NCBI GenBank assembly: GCA_964016885.1
Contig: OZ024740.1
Coordinates: forward strand, 231,012,001 to 231,076,000
Reading direction: 5' to 3'
Source: Eledone cirrhosa
Taxonomy: Eukaryota
DNA length: 64,000 bases
The notes beneath the pieces are model-generated. The model did no database searches, was not told the DNA's origin, and saw only the letters and a program-made list of their open reading frames with translations. Position numbers and translations under genes: made by a program. Position 1 is the stretch's first letter. Every line of letters begins with the position of its first letter. Positions 40,401 to 58,400 of the stretch are shown one piece after another.

Positions 40401-43400
40401 GACTACTATTACAACCCTACTATAATGGGGGATATCTCTAGGACTACTATTACAACCCTACTACAATATGGGATGTCTCTAGGACTACTATTACAACCCT
40501 ACTATAATGGGAGATGTCTCTAGGACTACTATTACAACACTACTATAATAGCGGATGTCTCTAGGACTAATATTACAACCCTACTATAATGGGAGATGAC
40601 TCTAGGACTACTATTACAACCCTACTATAATAGGGGATGTCTCTAGGACTACTATTACAACCCTACTATAATGGGGGATGTCTCTAGGACTACTATTACA
40701 ACCCTACTATAATGGAGGATGTCTCTAGGACTACTATTACAACCCTACTATAATAGGGGATGTCTCTAAGACTACTATTACAACCCTACTATAATGGGGT
40801 ATGTCTCTAGGACTACTATTACAACACTACTATAATGGGGGATGTCTCTAGGACTACTATTACAACACTACTATAATGGGGGATGTCTCTAGGATTACTA
40901 TTACAACCCTACTATAATAGGGGATGACTCTAGGACTACTATTACTACACTACTATAATGGGAGATGTCTCTAGGACTACTATTACAACCCTACTATAAT
41001 AGGGGATGTCTCTAGAACTACTATTACAACCCTACTATAATGGGAGATGTATCTAGGACTACTATTACAACCCTACTATAATGGAGGATGTCTCTAGGAC
41101 TATTATTACAACCCTACTATAATGGGGTATATCTCTAGGGCTACTATTACAACCCTACTATAATGGGGTACGTCTCTAGGGCTACTATTACAGCCCTACT
41201 ATAATGGGGTACGTCTCTAGGACTACTATTACAACCCTACTATAATGGGGTATGTCTCTAGGACTACTATTACAACCCTACTATAATGGGGGATGTCTCT
41301 AGGACTATTATTACAACCCTACTATAATGGGGGATGTCTCTAGGACTACTATTACAACCCTACTATAATGGGGGATGTCTCTAGGGCTACTATTACAACC
41401 CTACTATAATAGGGGATGTCTCTAGGACTACTATTACAACCCTACTATAATGGGGGATGTCTCTACGACTACTATTACAACCCTACTATAATGGGGGATA
41501 TCTCTACGACTACTATTACAACACTACTATAATAGGGGATGTCTCTAGGACTACTATTACAACACTACTATAATGGGGGATGTCTCTAGGACTACTATTA
41601 CAACCCTACTATAATAGGGGATGTCTCTAGGACTACTATTACAACACTACTATAATGGGAGATGTCTCTAGGACTACTATTACAACCCTACTATAATAGG
41701 GGATGTCCCTAGACCTACTATTACAACCCTATTATAATGGGAGATGTCTCTAGGACTACTATTACAACCCTACTATAATGGAGGATGTCTCTAGGACTAC
41801 TATTACAACCCTACTATAATGGGGTATGTCTCTAGGGCTACTATTACAACCCTACTATAATGGGAGATGTCTCTAGGACTACTATTACAACCCTACTATA
41901 ATGGGGGATATCTCTAGGACTACTATTACAACCCTACTACAATATGGGATGTCTCTAGGACTACTATTACAACCCTACTATAATGGGAGATGTCTCTAGG
42001 ACTACTATTACAACACTACTATAATAGGGGATGTCTCTAGGACTACTATTACAACCCTACTATAATGTGGAATGTCTCTAGGACTACTATTACAACCCTA
42101 CTATAATGGGGGATATCTCTAGGACTACTGTTACAACCCTACTATAATAGGGGATGTCTCTAGGACTACTATTACAACCCTACTATAATGGGAGATGTCT
42201 CTAGGACTACTATTACAACCCTACTATTATAGGGGATGTCTCTAGGACTACTATTACAACCCTACTATAATGGGAGATGTCTCTAGGACTACTATTACAA
42301 CACTACTATAATAGGGGATGTCTGTAGGACTACTATTACAACCCTACTATAATGGGAGATGTCTCTAGGACTACTATTACAACCCTACTATAATAGGGGA
42401 TGTCTCTAGGACTACTATTACAACACTACTATAATAGGGGATGTCTCTAGGGCTACTATTACAACCCTACTATAATGGGGGATGACTCTAGGGCTACTAT
42501 TAAAACCCTACTATAATAGGGGATGTCTCTAAGGCTACTATTACAACCCTACTATAATAGGGAATGTCTTTAGGACTACTATTACAACCCTACTATAATG
42601 GGGGATGTCTCTAGGACTACTATTACAACCCTACTATAATGGGGGATGACTCTAGGGCTACTATTAAAACCCTACTATAATAGGGGATGTCTCTAAGACT
42701 ACTATTACAACCCTACTATAATAGGGAATGTCTCTAGGACTACTATTACAACCCTACTATAATGGGGTATGTCTCTAGGGCTACTATTACAACCCTACTA
42801 TAATGGGGTATGTCTCTAGGACTATTATTACAACCCAACTATAATGGGGTATGTCTCTAGGACTACTATTACAACCCTACTATAATGGGAGATGTCTCTA
42901 GGACTATTATTACAACCCTACTATAATAGGGGATGTCTCTAGGACTACTATTACAACCCTACTATAATGGGAGATGTCTCTAGGACTACTATTACAACGC
43001 TACTATAATAGGGGATGTCTCTAAGACTACTATTACAACCATACTATAATAGGGGATGTCTCTAGAACTACTATTACAACCCTACTATAATGGGGGATGT
43101 CTCTAGGACTACTATTACAACCCTACTATAATGGCGGATGTCTCTAGGACTACTATTACCACCCTACTATAATGGGGGATATCTCTAGGACTACTATTAC
43201 AACACTACTATAATAGGGGATGTCTCTAGGACTACTATTACAACACTACTATAATGGGAAATGTCTCTAGGACTACTATTACAACCCTACTATAATAGGG
43301 GATGTCTCTAGAACTACTATTACAACCCTACTATAATGGGGATGTCTCTAGGGCTACTATTACAACCCTACTATAATGGGAGATGTCTCTAGGACTACTA

Positions 43401-46400
43401 TTACAACCCTACTATAATGGGAGATGTCTCTAGGACTACTATTACAACCCTACTATAATGGGGTATGTCTCTAGGACTACTATTACAACCCTACTATAAT
43501 GGGAGATGTCTATAGGACTACTATTACAACCCTACTATAATGGGGTATGTCTCTAGGACTACTATTACAACCCTACTATAATGGAGGATATCTCTAGGAC
43601 TACTGTTACAACCCTACTATAATAGGGGATGTCTCTAGGACTACTATTACAACCCTACTATAATGGGAGATGTCTCTAGGACTACTATTACAACACTACT
43701 ATAATAGGGGATGTCTCTAGGACTAATATTACAACCCTACTATAATGGGAGATGTCTCTAGGACTACTATTACAACCCTACTATAATGGAGGATGTCTCT
43801 AGGACTACTATTACAACCCTACTATAATAGGGGATGTCTCTAGGACTACTGTTACAACCCTACTATAATGGGAGATGTCTCTAGGACTACTATTACAACC
43901 CTACTATAATAGGAGATGTCTCTAGGACTACTTTTACAACCCTACTATAATGGAGGATGTCTCTAGGACTACTATTACAACCCTACTATAATAGGGGATG
44001 TCTCTAAGACTACTATTACAACCCTACTATAATGTGGTATGTCTCTAGGACTACTATTACAACCCTACTATAATGGGGTATGTCTCTAGGGCTACTATTA
44101 CAACACTACTATAATGGGAGATGTCTCTAAGACTACTATTACAACCCTACTATAATGGGAGATGTCTCTAGGACTACTATTACAACCCTACTATAATGGG
44201 AGATGTCTCTAGGGCTACTATTACAACCCTACTATAATGGAGGATGTCTCTAGGACTACTATTACAACCCTACTATAATAGGGGATGTCTCTAGGACTAC
44301 TATTACAACCCTACTATAATGGGGTATGTCTCTAGAACTACTATTACAACCCTACTATAATGGGGTATATCTCTAGGACTACTATTACAACACTACTATA
44401 ATAGGGGATGTCTCTAGGACTACTATTACAACCCTACTATAATGGGAGATGTCTCTAGGACTACTATTACAACCCTACTATAATGGAGGATGTCTCTAGG
44501 ACTACTATTACAACCCTACTATAATGGGGTACTATTACAGCCCTACTATAATGGGGGATATCTCTAGGACTACTGTTACAACCCTACTATAATAGGGGAT
44601 GTCTCCAGGACTACTATTACAACCCTACTATAATGGGAGATGTCTCTAGGACTACTATTACAACACTACTATAATAGGGGATGTCTCTAGGACTACTATT
44701 ACAACCCTACTATAATGGGAGATGTCTCTAGGACTACTATTACAACCCTACTATAATAGGGGATGTCTCTAGGACTACTATTACAACCCTACTATAATGG
44801 GGGATGTCTCTAGGACTACTATTACAACCCTAATATAATGGCGGATGTCTCTAGGACTAATATTACAACCCTATTATAATGGGGGATATCTCTAGGACTA
44901 CTATTACAACACTACTATAATAGGGGATGTCTCTAGGACTACTATTACAACACTACTATAATGGGAGATGTCTCTAGGACTACTATTACAACCCTACTAT
45001 AATGGGAGATGTCTCTAGGACTACTATTACAACCCTACTATAATGGGAGATGTCTCTAAGACTACTATTACAACCCTACTATAATGGGAGATGTCTATAG
45101 GACTACTATTACAACCCTACTATAATGGGGTATGTCTCTAGGACTACTATTACAACCCTACTATAATGGAGGATATCACTAGGACTACTGTTACAACCCT
45201 ACTATAATAGGGGATGTCTCTAGGACTACTATTACAACCCTACTATAATGGGAGATGTCTCTAGGACTACTATTACAACACTACTATAATAGGGGATGTC
45301 TCTAGGACTAATATTACAACCCTACTATAATGGGAGATGTCTCTAGGACTACTATTACAACCCTACTATAATGGAGGATGTCTCTAGGACTACTATTACA
45401 ACCCTACTATAATGGGAGATGTCTCTAGGACTACTATTACAACCCTACTATAATAGGAGATGTCTCTAGGACTACTTTTACAACCCTACTATAATGGAGG
45501 ATGTCTCTAGGACTACTATTACAACCCTACTATAATAGGGGATGTCTCTAAGACTACTATTACAACCCTACTATAATGTGGTATGTCTCTAGGACTACTA
45601 TTACAACCCTACTATAATGGGGTATGTCTCTAGGACTACTATTACAACACTACTATAATGGAGGATGTCTCTAGGACTACTATTACAACCCTACTATAAT
45701 GGGAGATGTCTATAGGACTACTATTACAACCCTACTATAATAGGGGATGTCTCTAGGACTACTATTACAACCCTACTATAATGGAGGATGTCTCTAGGAC
45801 TACTATTACAACCCTACTATAATGGGGTACTATTACAGCCCTACTATAATGGGGGATATCTCTAGGACTACTGTTACAACCCTACTATAATAGGGGATGT
45901 CTCTAGGACTACTATTACAACCCTACTATAATGGGAGATGTCTCTAGGACTACTATTACAACACTACTATAATAGGGGATGTCTCTAGGACTACTATTAC
46001 AACCCTACTATAATGGGAGATGTCTCTAGGACTACTATTACAACCCTACTATAATAGGGGATGTCTCTAGGACTACTATTACAACCCTACTATAATGGGG
46101 GATGTCTCTAGGACTACTATTACAACCCTAATATAATGGCGGATGTCTCTAGGACTACTATTACAACCCTACTATAATGGGGGATATCTCTAGGACTACT
46201 ATTACAACACTACTATAATAGGGGATGTCTCTAGGACTACTATTACAACACTACTATAATGGGAGATGTCTCTAGGACTACTATTACAACCCTACTATAA
46301 TGGGAGATGTCTCTAGGACTACTATTACAACCCTACTATAATAGGGGATGTCTCTAGGACTACTATTACAACACTACTATAATGGGAGATGTCTCTAGGA

Positions 46401-49400
46401 CTACTATTACAACCCTACTATAATAGGGGATGTCTCTAGAACTACTATTACAACCCTACTATAATGGGAGATGTCTCTAGGACTACTATTACAACCCTAC
46501 TATAATGGAGGATGTCTCTAAAACTACTATTACAACCCTACTATAATGGGGTATGTCTCTAGGGCTACTATTACAACCCTACTATAATGGGAGATGTCTC
46601 TAGGACTACTATTACAACCCTACTATAATGGGGGATATCTCTAGGACTACTATTACAACCCTACTATATTGGAGGATGTCTCTAGGGCTACTATTACAAC
46701 CCTACTATAATGGGAGATGTCTCTAAGACTACTATTACAACCCTACTATAATGGGAGATGTCTATAGGACTACTATTACAACCCTACTATAATGGGGTAT
46801 GTCTCTAGGACTACTATTACAACCCTACTATAATGGAGGATATCTCTAGGACTACTGTTACAACCCTACTATAATAGGGGATGTCTCTAGGACTACTATT
46901 ACAACCCTACTATAATGGGAGATGTCTCTAGGACTACTATTACAACACTACTATAATAGGGGATGTCTCTAGGACTAATATTACAACCCTACTATAATGG
47001 GAGATGACTCTAGGACTACTATTACAACCCTACTATAATAGGGGATGTCTCTAGGACTACTATTACAACCCTACTATAATGGGGGATGTCTCTAGGACTA
47101 CTATTACAACCCTACTATAATGGAGGATGTCTCTTGGACTACTATTACAACCCTACTATAATAGGGGATGTCTCTAAGACTACTATTACAACCCTACTAT
47201 AATGGGGTATGTCTCTAGGACTACTATTACAACACTACTATAATGGGGGATGTCTCTAGGACTACTATTACAACACTACTATAATGGGGGATGTCTCTAG
47301 GATTACTATTACAACCCTACTATAATAGGGGATGACTCTAGGACTACTATTACTACACTACTATAATGGGAGATGTCTCTAGGACTACTATTACAACCCT
47401 ACTATAATAGGGGATGTCTCTAGAACTACTATTACAACCCTACTATAATGGGAGATGTATCTAGGACTACTATTACAACCCTACTATAATGGAGGATGTC
47501 TCTAGGACTACTATTACAACCCTACTATAATGGGGTATGTCTCTAGGGCTACTATTACAACACTACTATAATGGGAGATGTCTCTAAGACTACTATTACA
47601 ACCCTACTATAATGGGAGATGTCTCTAGGACTACTATTACAACCCTACTATAATGGGAGATGTCTCTAGGGCTACTATTACAACCCTACTATAATGGAGG
47701 ATGTCTCTAGGACTACTATTACAACCCTACTATAATAGGGGATGTCTCTAGGACTACTATTACAACCCTACTATAATGGGGGATGTCTCTAGAACTACTA
47801 TTACAACCCTACTATAATGGGGTATATCTCTAGGACTACTATTACAACACTACTATAATAGGGGATGTCTCTAGGACTACTATTACAACCCTACTATAAT
47901 GGGGTATGTCTCTAGGGCTACTATTATAATCCTACTATAATGAGGTATGTCTCTAGGGCTACTATTACAGCCCTACTATAATGGGGGATATCTCTTGGAC
48001 TACTGTTACAACCCTACTATAATAGGGGATGTCTCTAGGACTACTATTACAACCCTACTATAATGGGAGATGTCTCTAGGACTACTATTACAACACTACT
48101 ATAATAGGAGATGTCTCTAGGACTACTATTACAACCCTACTATAATGGGAGATGTCTCTAGGACTACTATTACGACCCTACTATAATAGGGGATGTCTCT
48201 AGGACTACTATTACAACCCTACTATAATGGGAGATGTCTCTAGGACTACTATTACAACCCTACTATAATAGGAGATGTCTCTAGGACTACTATTACAACC
48301 CTACTATAATGGAGGATGTCTCTAGGACTACTATTACAACCCTACTATAATGGGAGATGTCTCTAGGGCTACTATTACAACCCTACTCTAATGGGGGATG
48401 TCTCTAGGACTACTATTACAACCCTACTATAATGGGAGATGTCTCTAGGACTATTATTACAACCCTACTATAATAGGGGATGTCTCTAGGACTACTATTA
48501 CAACCCTACTATAATGGGAGATGTCTCTAGGACTACTATTACAACCCTACTATAACGGAGGATGTCTCTAGGACTACTATTACAACCCTACTATAATAGG
48601 GGATGTCTCTAGGACTACTATTACAACCCTACTATAATGGGAGATGTCTCTAGGACTACTATTACAACCCTACTATAATAGAGGATGTCTCTAGGACTAC
48701 TATTACAACCCTACTATAATAGAGGATGTCTCTAGGACTACTGTTACAACCCTACTATAATGGAGGATATCTCTAGGACTACTGTTACAACCCTACTATA
48801 ATAGGGGATGTCTCTAGGACTACTATTACAACCCTACTATAATAGGGGATGTCTCTAGGACTACTATTACAACCCTACTATAATGGGAGATGTCTCTAGG
48901 ACTACTATTACAACGCTACTATAATAGGGGATGTCTCTAAGACTACTATTACAACCATACTATAATAGGGGATATCTCTAGGACTACTGTTACAACCCTA
49001 CTATAATAGGGCATGTCTCTAGGACTACTATTACAACCCTACTATAATAGGGGATGTCTCTAGGACTACTATTACAACCCTACTATAATGGGAGATGTCT
49101 CTAGGACTACTGTTACAACCCTACTATAATAGGGGATGTCTCTAGGGCTACTATTACAACCCTACTATAATGGGGGATGTCTCTAGGACTACAATTACAA
49201 CCCTACTATAATAGGGGATGTCTCTAAGACTACTATTACAACCATACTATAATAGGGGATATCTCTAGGACTACTATTACAACCCTACTATAATGGCGGA
49301 TGTCTCTAGGACTACTATTACAACCCTACTATAATGGGGTATGTCTCTAGGGCTACTATTACAACCCTACTATAATGGGAGATGTCTCTAGGACTACTAT

Positions 49401-52400
49401 TACAACACTACTATAATAGGGGATGTCTCTAGGACTACTATTACAACCCTACTATAATAGGGGATGTCTCTAGGACTACTGTTACAACCCTACTATAATG
49501 GAGGATATCTCTAGGACTACTGTTACAACCCTACTATAATGGAGGATATCACTAGGACTACTATTACAACCCTACTATAATGGGAAATGTCTCTAGGATT
49601 ACTATTACAACCCTACTATAATGGAGGATGTCTCTAGGACTACTATTACAACCCTACTATAATGGGAGATGTCTATAGGACTACTATTACAACCCTACTA
49701 TAATAGGGGATGTCTCTAGGACTACTATTACAACCCTACTATAATAGGGGATGTCTCTAGGACTACTATTACAACCCTACTATAATGGGAGATGTCTCTA
49801 GGACTACTATTACAACCCTACTATAATGGGGTATGTCTCTAGGACTACTATTACAACACTACTATAATGGGGGATGTCTCTAGGACTACTATTACAACAC
49901 TACTATAATGGGGGATGTCTCTAGGATTACTATTACAACCCTACTATAATAGGGGATGTCTCTAGGACTACTATTACTACACTACTATAATGGGAGATGT
50001 CTCTAGGACTACTATTACAACCCTACTATAATAGGGGATGTCTCTAGGACTATTATTACTACCCTACTATAATGGGGGATATCTCTAGGACTACTATTAC
50101 AACCCTACTATAATGGGAGATGTCTCTAGGACTACCATTACAACCCTACTATAATAGGGGATGTCTCTAGGACTATTATTACAACCCTACTATAATGGGG
50201 TATATCTCTAGGGCTACTATTACAGCCCTACTATAATGGGGTACGTCTCTAGGACTACTATTACAACCCTACTATAATGGGGTATGTCTCTAGACACTAC
50301 TATTACAACCCTACTATAATGGGGGATGTCTCTAGGACTATTATTACAACCCTACTATAATGGGGGATGTCTCTAGGACTACTATTACAACACTACTATA
50401 ATGGGAGATGTCTCTAGGGCTACTATTACAACCCTACTATAATGGAGGATGTCTCTAGGACTACTATTACAACCCTACTATAATAGGGGATGTCTCTAGG
50501 ACTACTATTACAACCCTACTATAATGGGGGATGTCTCTAGAACTACTATTACAACCCTACTATAATGGGGTATATCTCTAGGACTACTATTACAACACTA
50601 CTATAATAGGGGATGTCTCTAGGACTACTATTACAACCCTACTATAATGGGGTATGTCTCTAGGGCTACTATTATAATCCTACTATAATGAGGTATGTCT
50701 CTAGGGCTACTATTACAGCCCTACTATAATGGGGGATATCTCTTGGACTACTGTTACAACCCTACTATAATAGGGGATGTCTCTAGGACTACTATTACAA
50801 CCCTACTATAATGGGAGATGTCTCTAAGACTACTATTACAACACTACTATAATAGGAGATGTCTCTAGGACTACTATTACAACCCTACTATAATGGGAGA
50901 TGTCTCTAGGACTACTATTACGACCCTACTATAATAGGGGATGTCTCTAGGACTACTATTACAACCCTACTATAATGGGAGATGTCTCTAGGACTACTAT
51001 TACAACCCTACTATAATTGGAGATGTCTCTAAGACTACTATTACAACCCTACTATAATGGAGGATGTCTCTAGGACTACTATTACAACCCTACTATAATG
51101 GGAGATGTCTCTAGGGCTACTATTACAACCCTACTCTAATGGGGGATGTCTCTAGGACTACTATTACAACCCTACTATAATGGGAGATGTCTCTAGGACT
51201 ATTATTACAACCCTACTATAATAGGGGATGTCTCTAGGACTACTATTACAACCCTACTATAATGGGAGATGTCTCTAGGACTACTATTACAACCCTACTA
51301 TAACGGAGGATGTCTCTAGGACTACTATTACAACCCTACTATAATAGGGGATGTCTCTAGGACTACTATTACAACCCTACTATAATGGGAGATGTCTCTA
51401 GGACTACTATTACAACCCTACTATAATAGGGGATGTCTCTAGGACTACTATTACAACCCTACTATAATAGAGGATGTCTCTAGGACTACTGTTACAACCC
51501 TACTATAATGGAGGATATCTCTAGGACTACTGTTACAACCCTACTATAATAGGGGATGTCTCTAGGACTACTATTACAACCCTACTATAATAGGGGATGT
51601 CTCTAGGACTACTATTACAACCCTACTATAATGGGAGATGTCTCTAGGACTACTATTACAACGCTACTATAATAGGGGATGTCTCTAAGACTACTATTAC
51701 AACCATACTATAATAGGGGATATCTCTAGGACTACTGTTACAACCCTACTATAATAGGGCATGTCTCTAGGACTACTATTACAACCCTACTATAATAGGG
51801 GATGTCTCTAGGACTACTATTACAACCCTACTATAATGGGAGATGTCTCTAGGACTACTGTTACAACCCTACTATAATAGGGGATGTCTCTAGGGCTACT
51901 ATTACAACCCTACTATAATGGGGGATGTCTCTAGGACTACAATTACAACCCTACTATAATAGGGGATGTCTCTAAGACTACTATTACAACCATACTATAA
52001 TAGGGGATATCTCTAGGACTACTATTACAACCCTACTATAATGGCGGATGTCTCTAGGACTACTATTACAACCCTACTATAATGGGGTATGTCTCTAGGG
52101 CTACTATTACAACCCTACTATAATGGGAGATGTCTCTAGGACTACTATTACAACACTACTATAATAGGGGATGTCTCTAGGACTACTATTACAACCCTAC
52201 TATAATAGGGGATGTCTCTAGGACTACTGTTACAACCCTACTATAATGGAGGATATCTCTAGGACTACTGTTACAACCCTACTATAATGGAGGATATCAC
52301 TAGGACTACTATTACAACCCTACTATAATGGGAAATGTCTCTAGGATTACTATTACAACCCTACTATAATGGAGGATGTCTCTAGGACTACTATTACAAC

Positions 52401-55400
52401 CCTACTATAATGGGAGATGTCTATAGGACTACTATTACAACCCTACTATAATAGGGGATGTCTCTAGGACTACTATTACAACCCTACTATAATGGGAGAT
52501 GTCTCTAGGACTACTATTACAACCCTACTATAATGGGGTATGTCTCTAGGACTACTATTACAACACTACTATAATGGGGGATGTCTCTAGGACTACTATT
52601 ACAACACTACTATAATGGGGGATGTCTCTAGGATTACTATTACAACCCTACTATAATAGGGGATGTCTCTAGGACTACTATTACTACACTACTATAATGG
52701 GAGATGTCTCTAGGACTACTATTACAACCCTACTATAATGGGGTATATCTCTAGGGCTACTATTACAACCCTACTATAATGGGGTACGTCTCTAGGGCTA
52801 CTATTACAGCCCTACTATAATGGGGTACGTCTCTAGGACTACTATTACAACCCTACTATAATGGGGTATGTCTCTAGGACTACTATTACAACCCTACTAT
52901 AATGGGGGATGTCTCTAGGACTATTATTACAACCCTACTATAATGGGGGATGTCTCTAGGACTACTATTACAACCCTACTATAATGGGGGATGTCTCTAG
53001 GGCTACTATTACAACCCTACTATAATAGGGGATGTCTCTACGACTACTATTACAACCCTACTATAATGGGGGATATCTCTACGACTACTATTACAACACT
53101 ATTATAATAGGGGATGTCTCTAGGACTACTATTACAACACTACTATAATGGGGGATGTCTCTAGGACTACTATTACAACCCTACTATAATAGGGGATGTC
53201 TCTAGGACTACTATTACAACACTACTATAATGGGAGATGTCTCTAGGACTACTATTACAACCCTACTATAATAGGGGATGTCCCTAGACCTACTATTACA
53301 ACCCTATTATAATGGGAGATGTCTCTAGGACTACTATTACAACCCTACTATAATGGAGGATGTCTCTAGGACTACTATTACAACCCTACTATAATGGGGT
53401 ATGTCTCTAGGGCTACTATTACAACCCTACTATAATGGGAGATGTCTCTAGGACTACTATTACAACCCTACTATAATGGGGGATATCTCTAGGACTACTA
53501 TTACAACCCTACTACAATATGGGATGTCTCTAGGACTACTATTACAACCCTACTATAATGGGAGATGTCTCTAGGACTACTATTACAACACTACTATAAT
53601 AGCGGATGTCTCTAGGACTAATATTACAACCCTACTATAATGGGAGATGACTCTAGGACTACTATTACAACCCTACTATAATAGGGGATGTCTCTAGGAC
53701 TACTATTACAACCCTACTATAATGGGGGATGTCTCTAGGACTACTATTACAACCCTACTATAATGGAGGATGTCTCTAGGACTACTATTACAACCCTACT
53801 ATAATAGGGGATGTCTCTAAGACTACTATTACAACCCTACTATAATGGGGTATGTCTCTAGGACTACTATTACAACACTACTATAATGGGGGATGTCTCT
53901 AGGACTACTATTACAACACTACTATAATGGGGGATGTCTCTAGGATTACTATTACAACCCTACTATAATAGGGGATGACTCTAGGACTACTATTACTACA
54001 CTACTATAATGGGAGATGTCTCTAGGACTACTATTACAACCCTACTATAATAGGGGATGTCTCTAGAACTACTATTACAACCCTACTATAATGGGAGATG
54101 TATCTAGGACTACTATTACAACCCTACTATAATGGAGGATGTCTCTAGGACTATTATTACAACCCTACTATAATGGGGTATATCTCTAGGGCTACTATTA
54201 CAACCCTACTATAATGGGGTATATCTCTAGGGCTACTATTACAACCCTACTATAATGGGGTACGTCTCTAGGGCTACTATTACAGCCCTACTATAATGGG
54301 GTACGTCTCTAGGACTACTATTACAACCCTACTATAATGGGGTATGTCTCTAGGACTACTATTACAACCCTACTATAATGGGGGATGTCTCTAGGACTAT
54401 TATTACAACCCTACTATAATGGGGGATGTCTCTAGGACTACTATTACAACACTACTATAATGGGAGATGTCTCTAGGGCTACTATTACAACCCTACTATA
54501 ATGGAGGATGTCTCTAGGACTACTATTACAACCCTACTATAATAGGGGATGTCTCTAGGACTACTATTACAACCCTACTATAATGGGGGATGTCTCTAGA
54601 ACTACTATTACAACCCTACTATAATGGGGTATATCTCTAGGACTACTATTACAACACTACTATAATAGGGGATGTCTCTAGGACTACTATTACAACCCTA
54701 CTATAATGGGGTATGTCTCTAGGGCTACTATTATAATCCTACTATAATGAGGTATGTCTCTAGGGCTACTATTACAGCCCTACTATAATGGGGGATATCT
54801 CTTGGACTACTGTTACAACCCTACTATAATAGGGGATGTCTCTAGGACTACTATTACAACCCTACTATAATGGGAGATGTCTCTAGGACTACTATTACAA
54901 CACTACTATAATAGGAGATGTCTCTAGGACTACTATTACAACCCTACTATAATGGGAGATGTCTCTAGGACTACTATTACGACCCTACTATAATAGGGGA
55001 TGTCTCTAGGACTACTATTACAACCCTACTATAATGGGAGATGTCTCTAGGACTACTATTACAACCCTACTATAATTGGAGATGTCTCTAGGACTACTAT
55101 TACAACCCTACTATAATGGAGGATGTCTCTAGGACTACTATTACAACCCTACTATAATGGGAGATGTCTCTAGGGCTACTATTACAACCCTACTCTAATG
55201 GGGGATGTCTCTAGGACTACTATTACAACCCTACTATAATGGGAGATGTCTCTAGGACTATTATTACAACCCTACTATAATAGGGGATGTCTCTAGGACT
55301 ACTATTACAACCCTACTATAATGGGAGATGTCTCTAGGACTACTATTACAACCCTACTATAACGGAGGATGTCTCTAGGACTACTATTACAACCCTACTA

Positions 55401-58400
55401 TAATAGGGGATGTCTCTAGGACTACTATTACAACCCTACTATAATGGGAGATGTCTCTAGGACTACTATTACAACCCTACTATAATAGGGGATGTCTCTA
55501 GGACTACTATTACAACCCTACTATAATAGAGGATGTCTCTAGGACTACTGTTACAACCCTACTATAATGGAGGATATCTCTAGGACTACTGTTACAACCC
55601 TACTATAATAGGGGATGTCTCTAGGACTACTATTACAACCCTACTATAATAGGGGATGTCTCTAGGACTACTATTACAACCCTACTATAATGGGAGATGT
55701 CTCTAGGACTACTATTACAACGCTACTATAATAGGGGATGTCTCTAAGACTACTATTACAACCATACTATAATAGGGGATATCTCTAGGACTACTGTTAC
55801 AACCCTACTATAATAGGGCATGTCTCTAGGACTACTATTACAACCCTACTATAATAGGGGATGTCTCTAGGACTACTATTACAACCCTACTATAATGGGA
55901 GATGTCTCTAGGACTACTGTTACAACCCTACTATAATAGGGGATGTCTCTAGGGCTACTATTACAACCCTACTATAATGGGGGATGTCTCTAGGACTACT
56001 ATTACAACCCTACTATAATGGGAGATGTCTCTAGGACTACTGTTACAACCCTACTATAATAGGGGATGTCTCTAGGGCTACTATTACAACCCTACTATAA
56101 TGGGGGATGTCTCTAGGACTACAATTACAACCCTACTATAATAGGGGATGTCTCTAAGACTACTATTACAACCATACTATAATAGGGGATGTCTCTAGGA
56201 CTACTATTACAACACTACTATAATGGGAGATGTCTCTAGGACTACTATTACAACCCTACTATAATAGGGGATGTCCCTAGACCTACTATTACAACCCTAT
56301 TATAATGGGAGATGTCTCTAGGACTACTATTACAACCCTACTATAATGGAGGATGTCTCTAGGACTACTATTACAACCCTACTATAATGGGGTATGTCTC
56401 TAGGGCTACTATTACAACCCTACTATAATGGGAGATGTCTCTAGGACTACTATTACAACCCTACTATAATGGGGGATATCTCTAGGACTACTATTACAAC
56501 CCTACTACAATATGGGATGTCTCTAGGACTACTATTACAACCCTACTATAATGGGAGATGTCTCTAGGACTACTATTACAACACTACTATAATAGCGGAT
56601 GTCTCTAGGACTAATATTACAACCCTACTATAATGGGAGATGACTCTAGGACTACTATTACAACCCTACTATAATAGGGGATGTCTCTAGGACTACTATT
56701 ACAACCCTACTATAATGGGGGATGTCTCTAGGACTACTATTACAACCCTACTATAATGGAGGATGTCTCTAGGACTACTATTACAACCCTACTATAATAG
56801 GGGATGTCTCTAAGACTACTATTACAACCCTACTATAATGGGGTATGTCTCTAGGACTACTATTACAACACTACTATAATGGGGGATGTCTCTAGGACTA
56901 CTATTACAACACTACTATAATGGGGGATGTCTCTAGGATTACTATTACAACCCTACTATAATAGGGGATGACTCTAGGACTACTATTACTACACTACTAT
57001 AATGGGAGATGTCTCTAGGACTACTATTACAACCCTACTATAATAGGGGATGTCTCTAGAACTACTATTACAACCCTACTATAATGGGAGATGTATCTAG
57101 GACTACTATTACAACCCTACTATAATGGAGGATGTCTCTAGGACTATTATTACAACCCTACTATAATGGGGTATATCTCTAGGGCTACTATTACAACCCT
57201 ACTATAATGGGGTACGTCTCTAGGGCTACTATTACAGCCCTACTATAATGGGGTACGTCTCTAGGACTACTATTACAACCCTACTATAATGGGGTATGTC
57301 TCTAGGACTACTATTACAACCCTACTATAATGGGGGATGTCTCTAGGACTATTATTACAACCCTACTATAATGGGGGATGTCTCTAGGACTACTATTACA
57401 ACCCTACTATAATGGGGGATGTCTCTAGGGCTACTATTACAACCCTACTATAATAGGGGATGTCTCTAGGACTACTATTACAACCCTACTATAATGGGGG
57501 ATGTCTCTACGACTACTATTACAACCCTACTATAATGGGGGATATCTCTAGGACTACTATTACAACCCTACTATAATGGGAGATGTCTCTAGGACTACTA
57601 TTACAACCCTACTATAACGGAGGATGTCTCTAGGACTACTATTACAACCCTACTATAATAGGGGATGTCTCTAGGACTACTATTACAACCCTACTATAAT
57701 GGGAGATGTCTCTAGGACTACTATTACAACACTACTATAATAGGGGATGTCTCTAGGACTACTATTACAACCCTACTATAATAGAGGATGTCTCTAGGAC
57801 TACTGTTACAACCCTACTATAATGGAGGATATCTCTAGGACTACTGTTACAACCCTACTATAATAGGGGATGTCTCTAGGACTACTATTACAACCCTACT
57901 ATAATAGGGGATGTCTCTAGGACTACTATTACAACCCTACTATAATGGGAGATGTCTCTAGGACTACTATTACAACGCTACTATAATAGGGGATGTCTCT
58001 AAGACTACTATTACAACCATACTATAATAGGGGATATCTCTAGGACTACTGTTACAACCCTACTATAATAGGGCATGTCTCTAGGACTACTATTACAACC
58101 CTACTATAATAGGGGATGTCTCTAGGACTACTATTACAACCCTACTATAATGGGAGATGTCTCTAGGACTACTGTTACAACCCTACTATAATAGGGGATG
58201 TCTCTAGGGCTACTATTACAACCCTACTATAATGGGGGATGTCTCTAGGACTACTATTACAACCCTACTATAATGGGAGATGTCTCTAGGACTACTGTTA
58301 CAACCCTACTATAATAGGGGATGTCTCTAGGGCTACTATTACAACCCTACTATAATGGGGGATGTCTCTAGGACTACAATTACAACCCTACTATAATAGG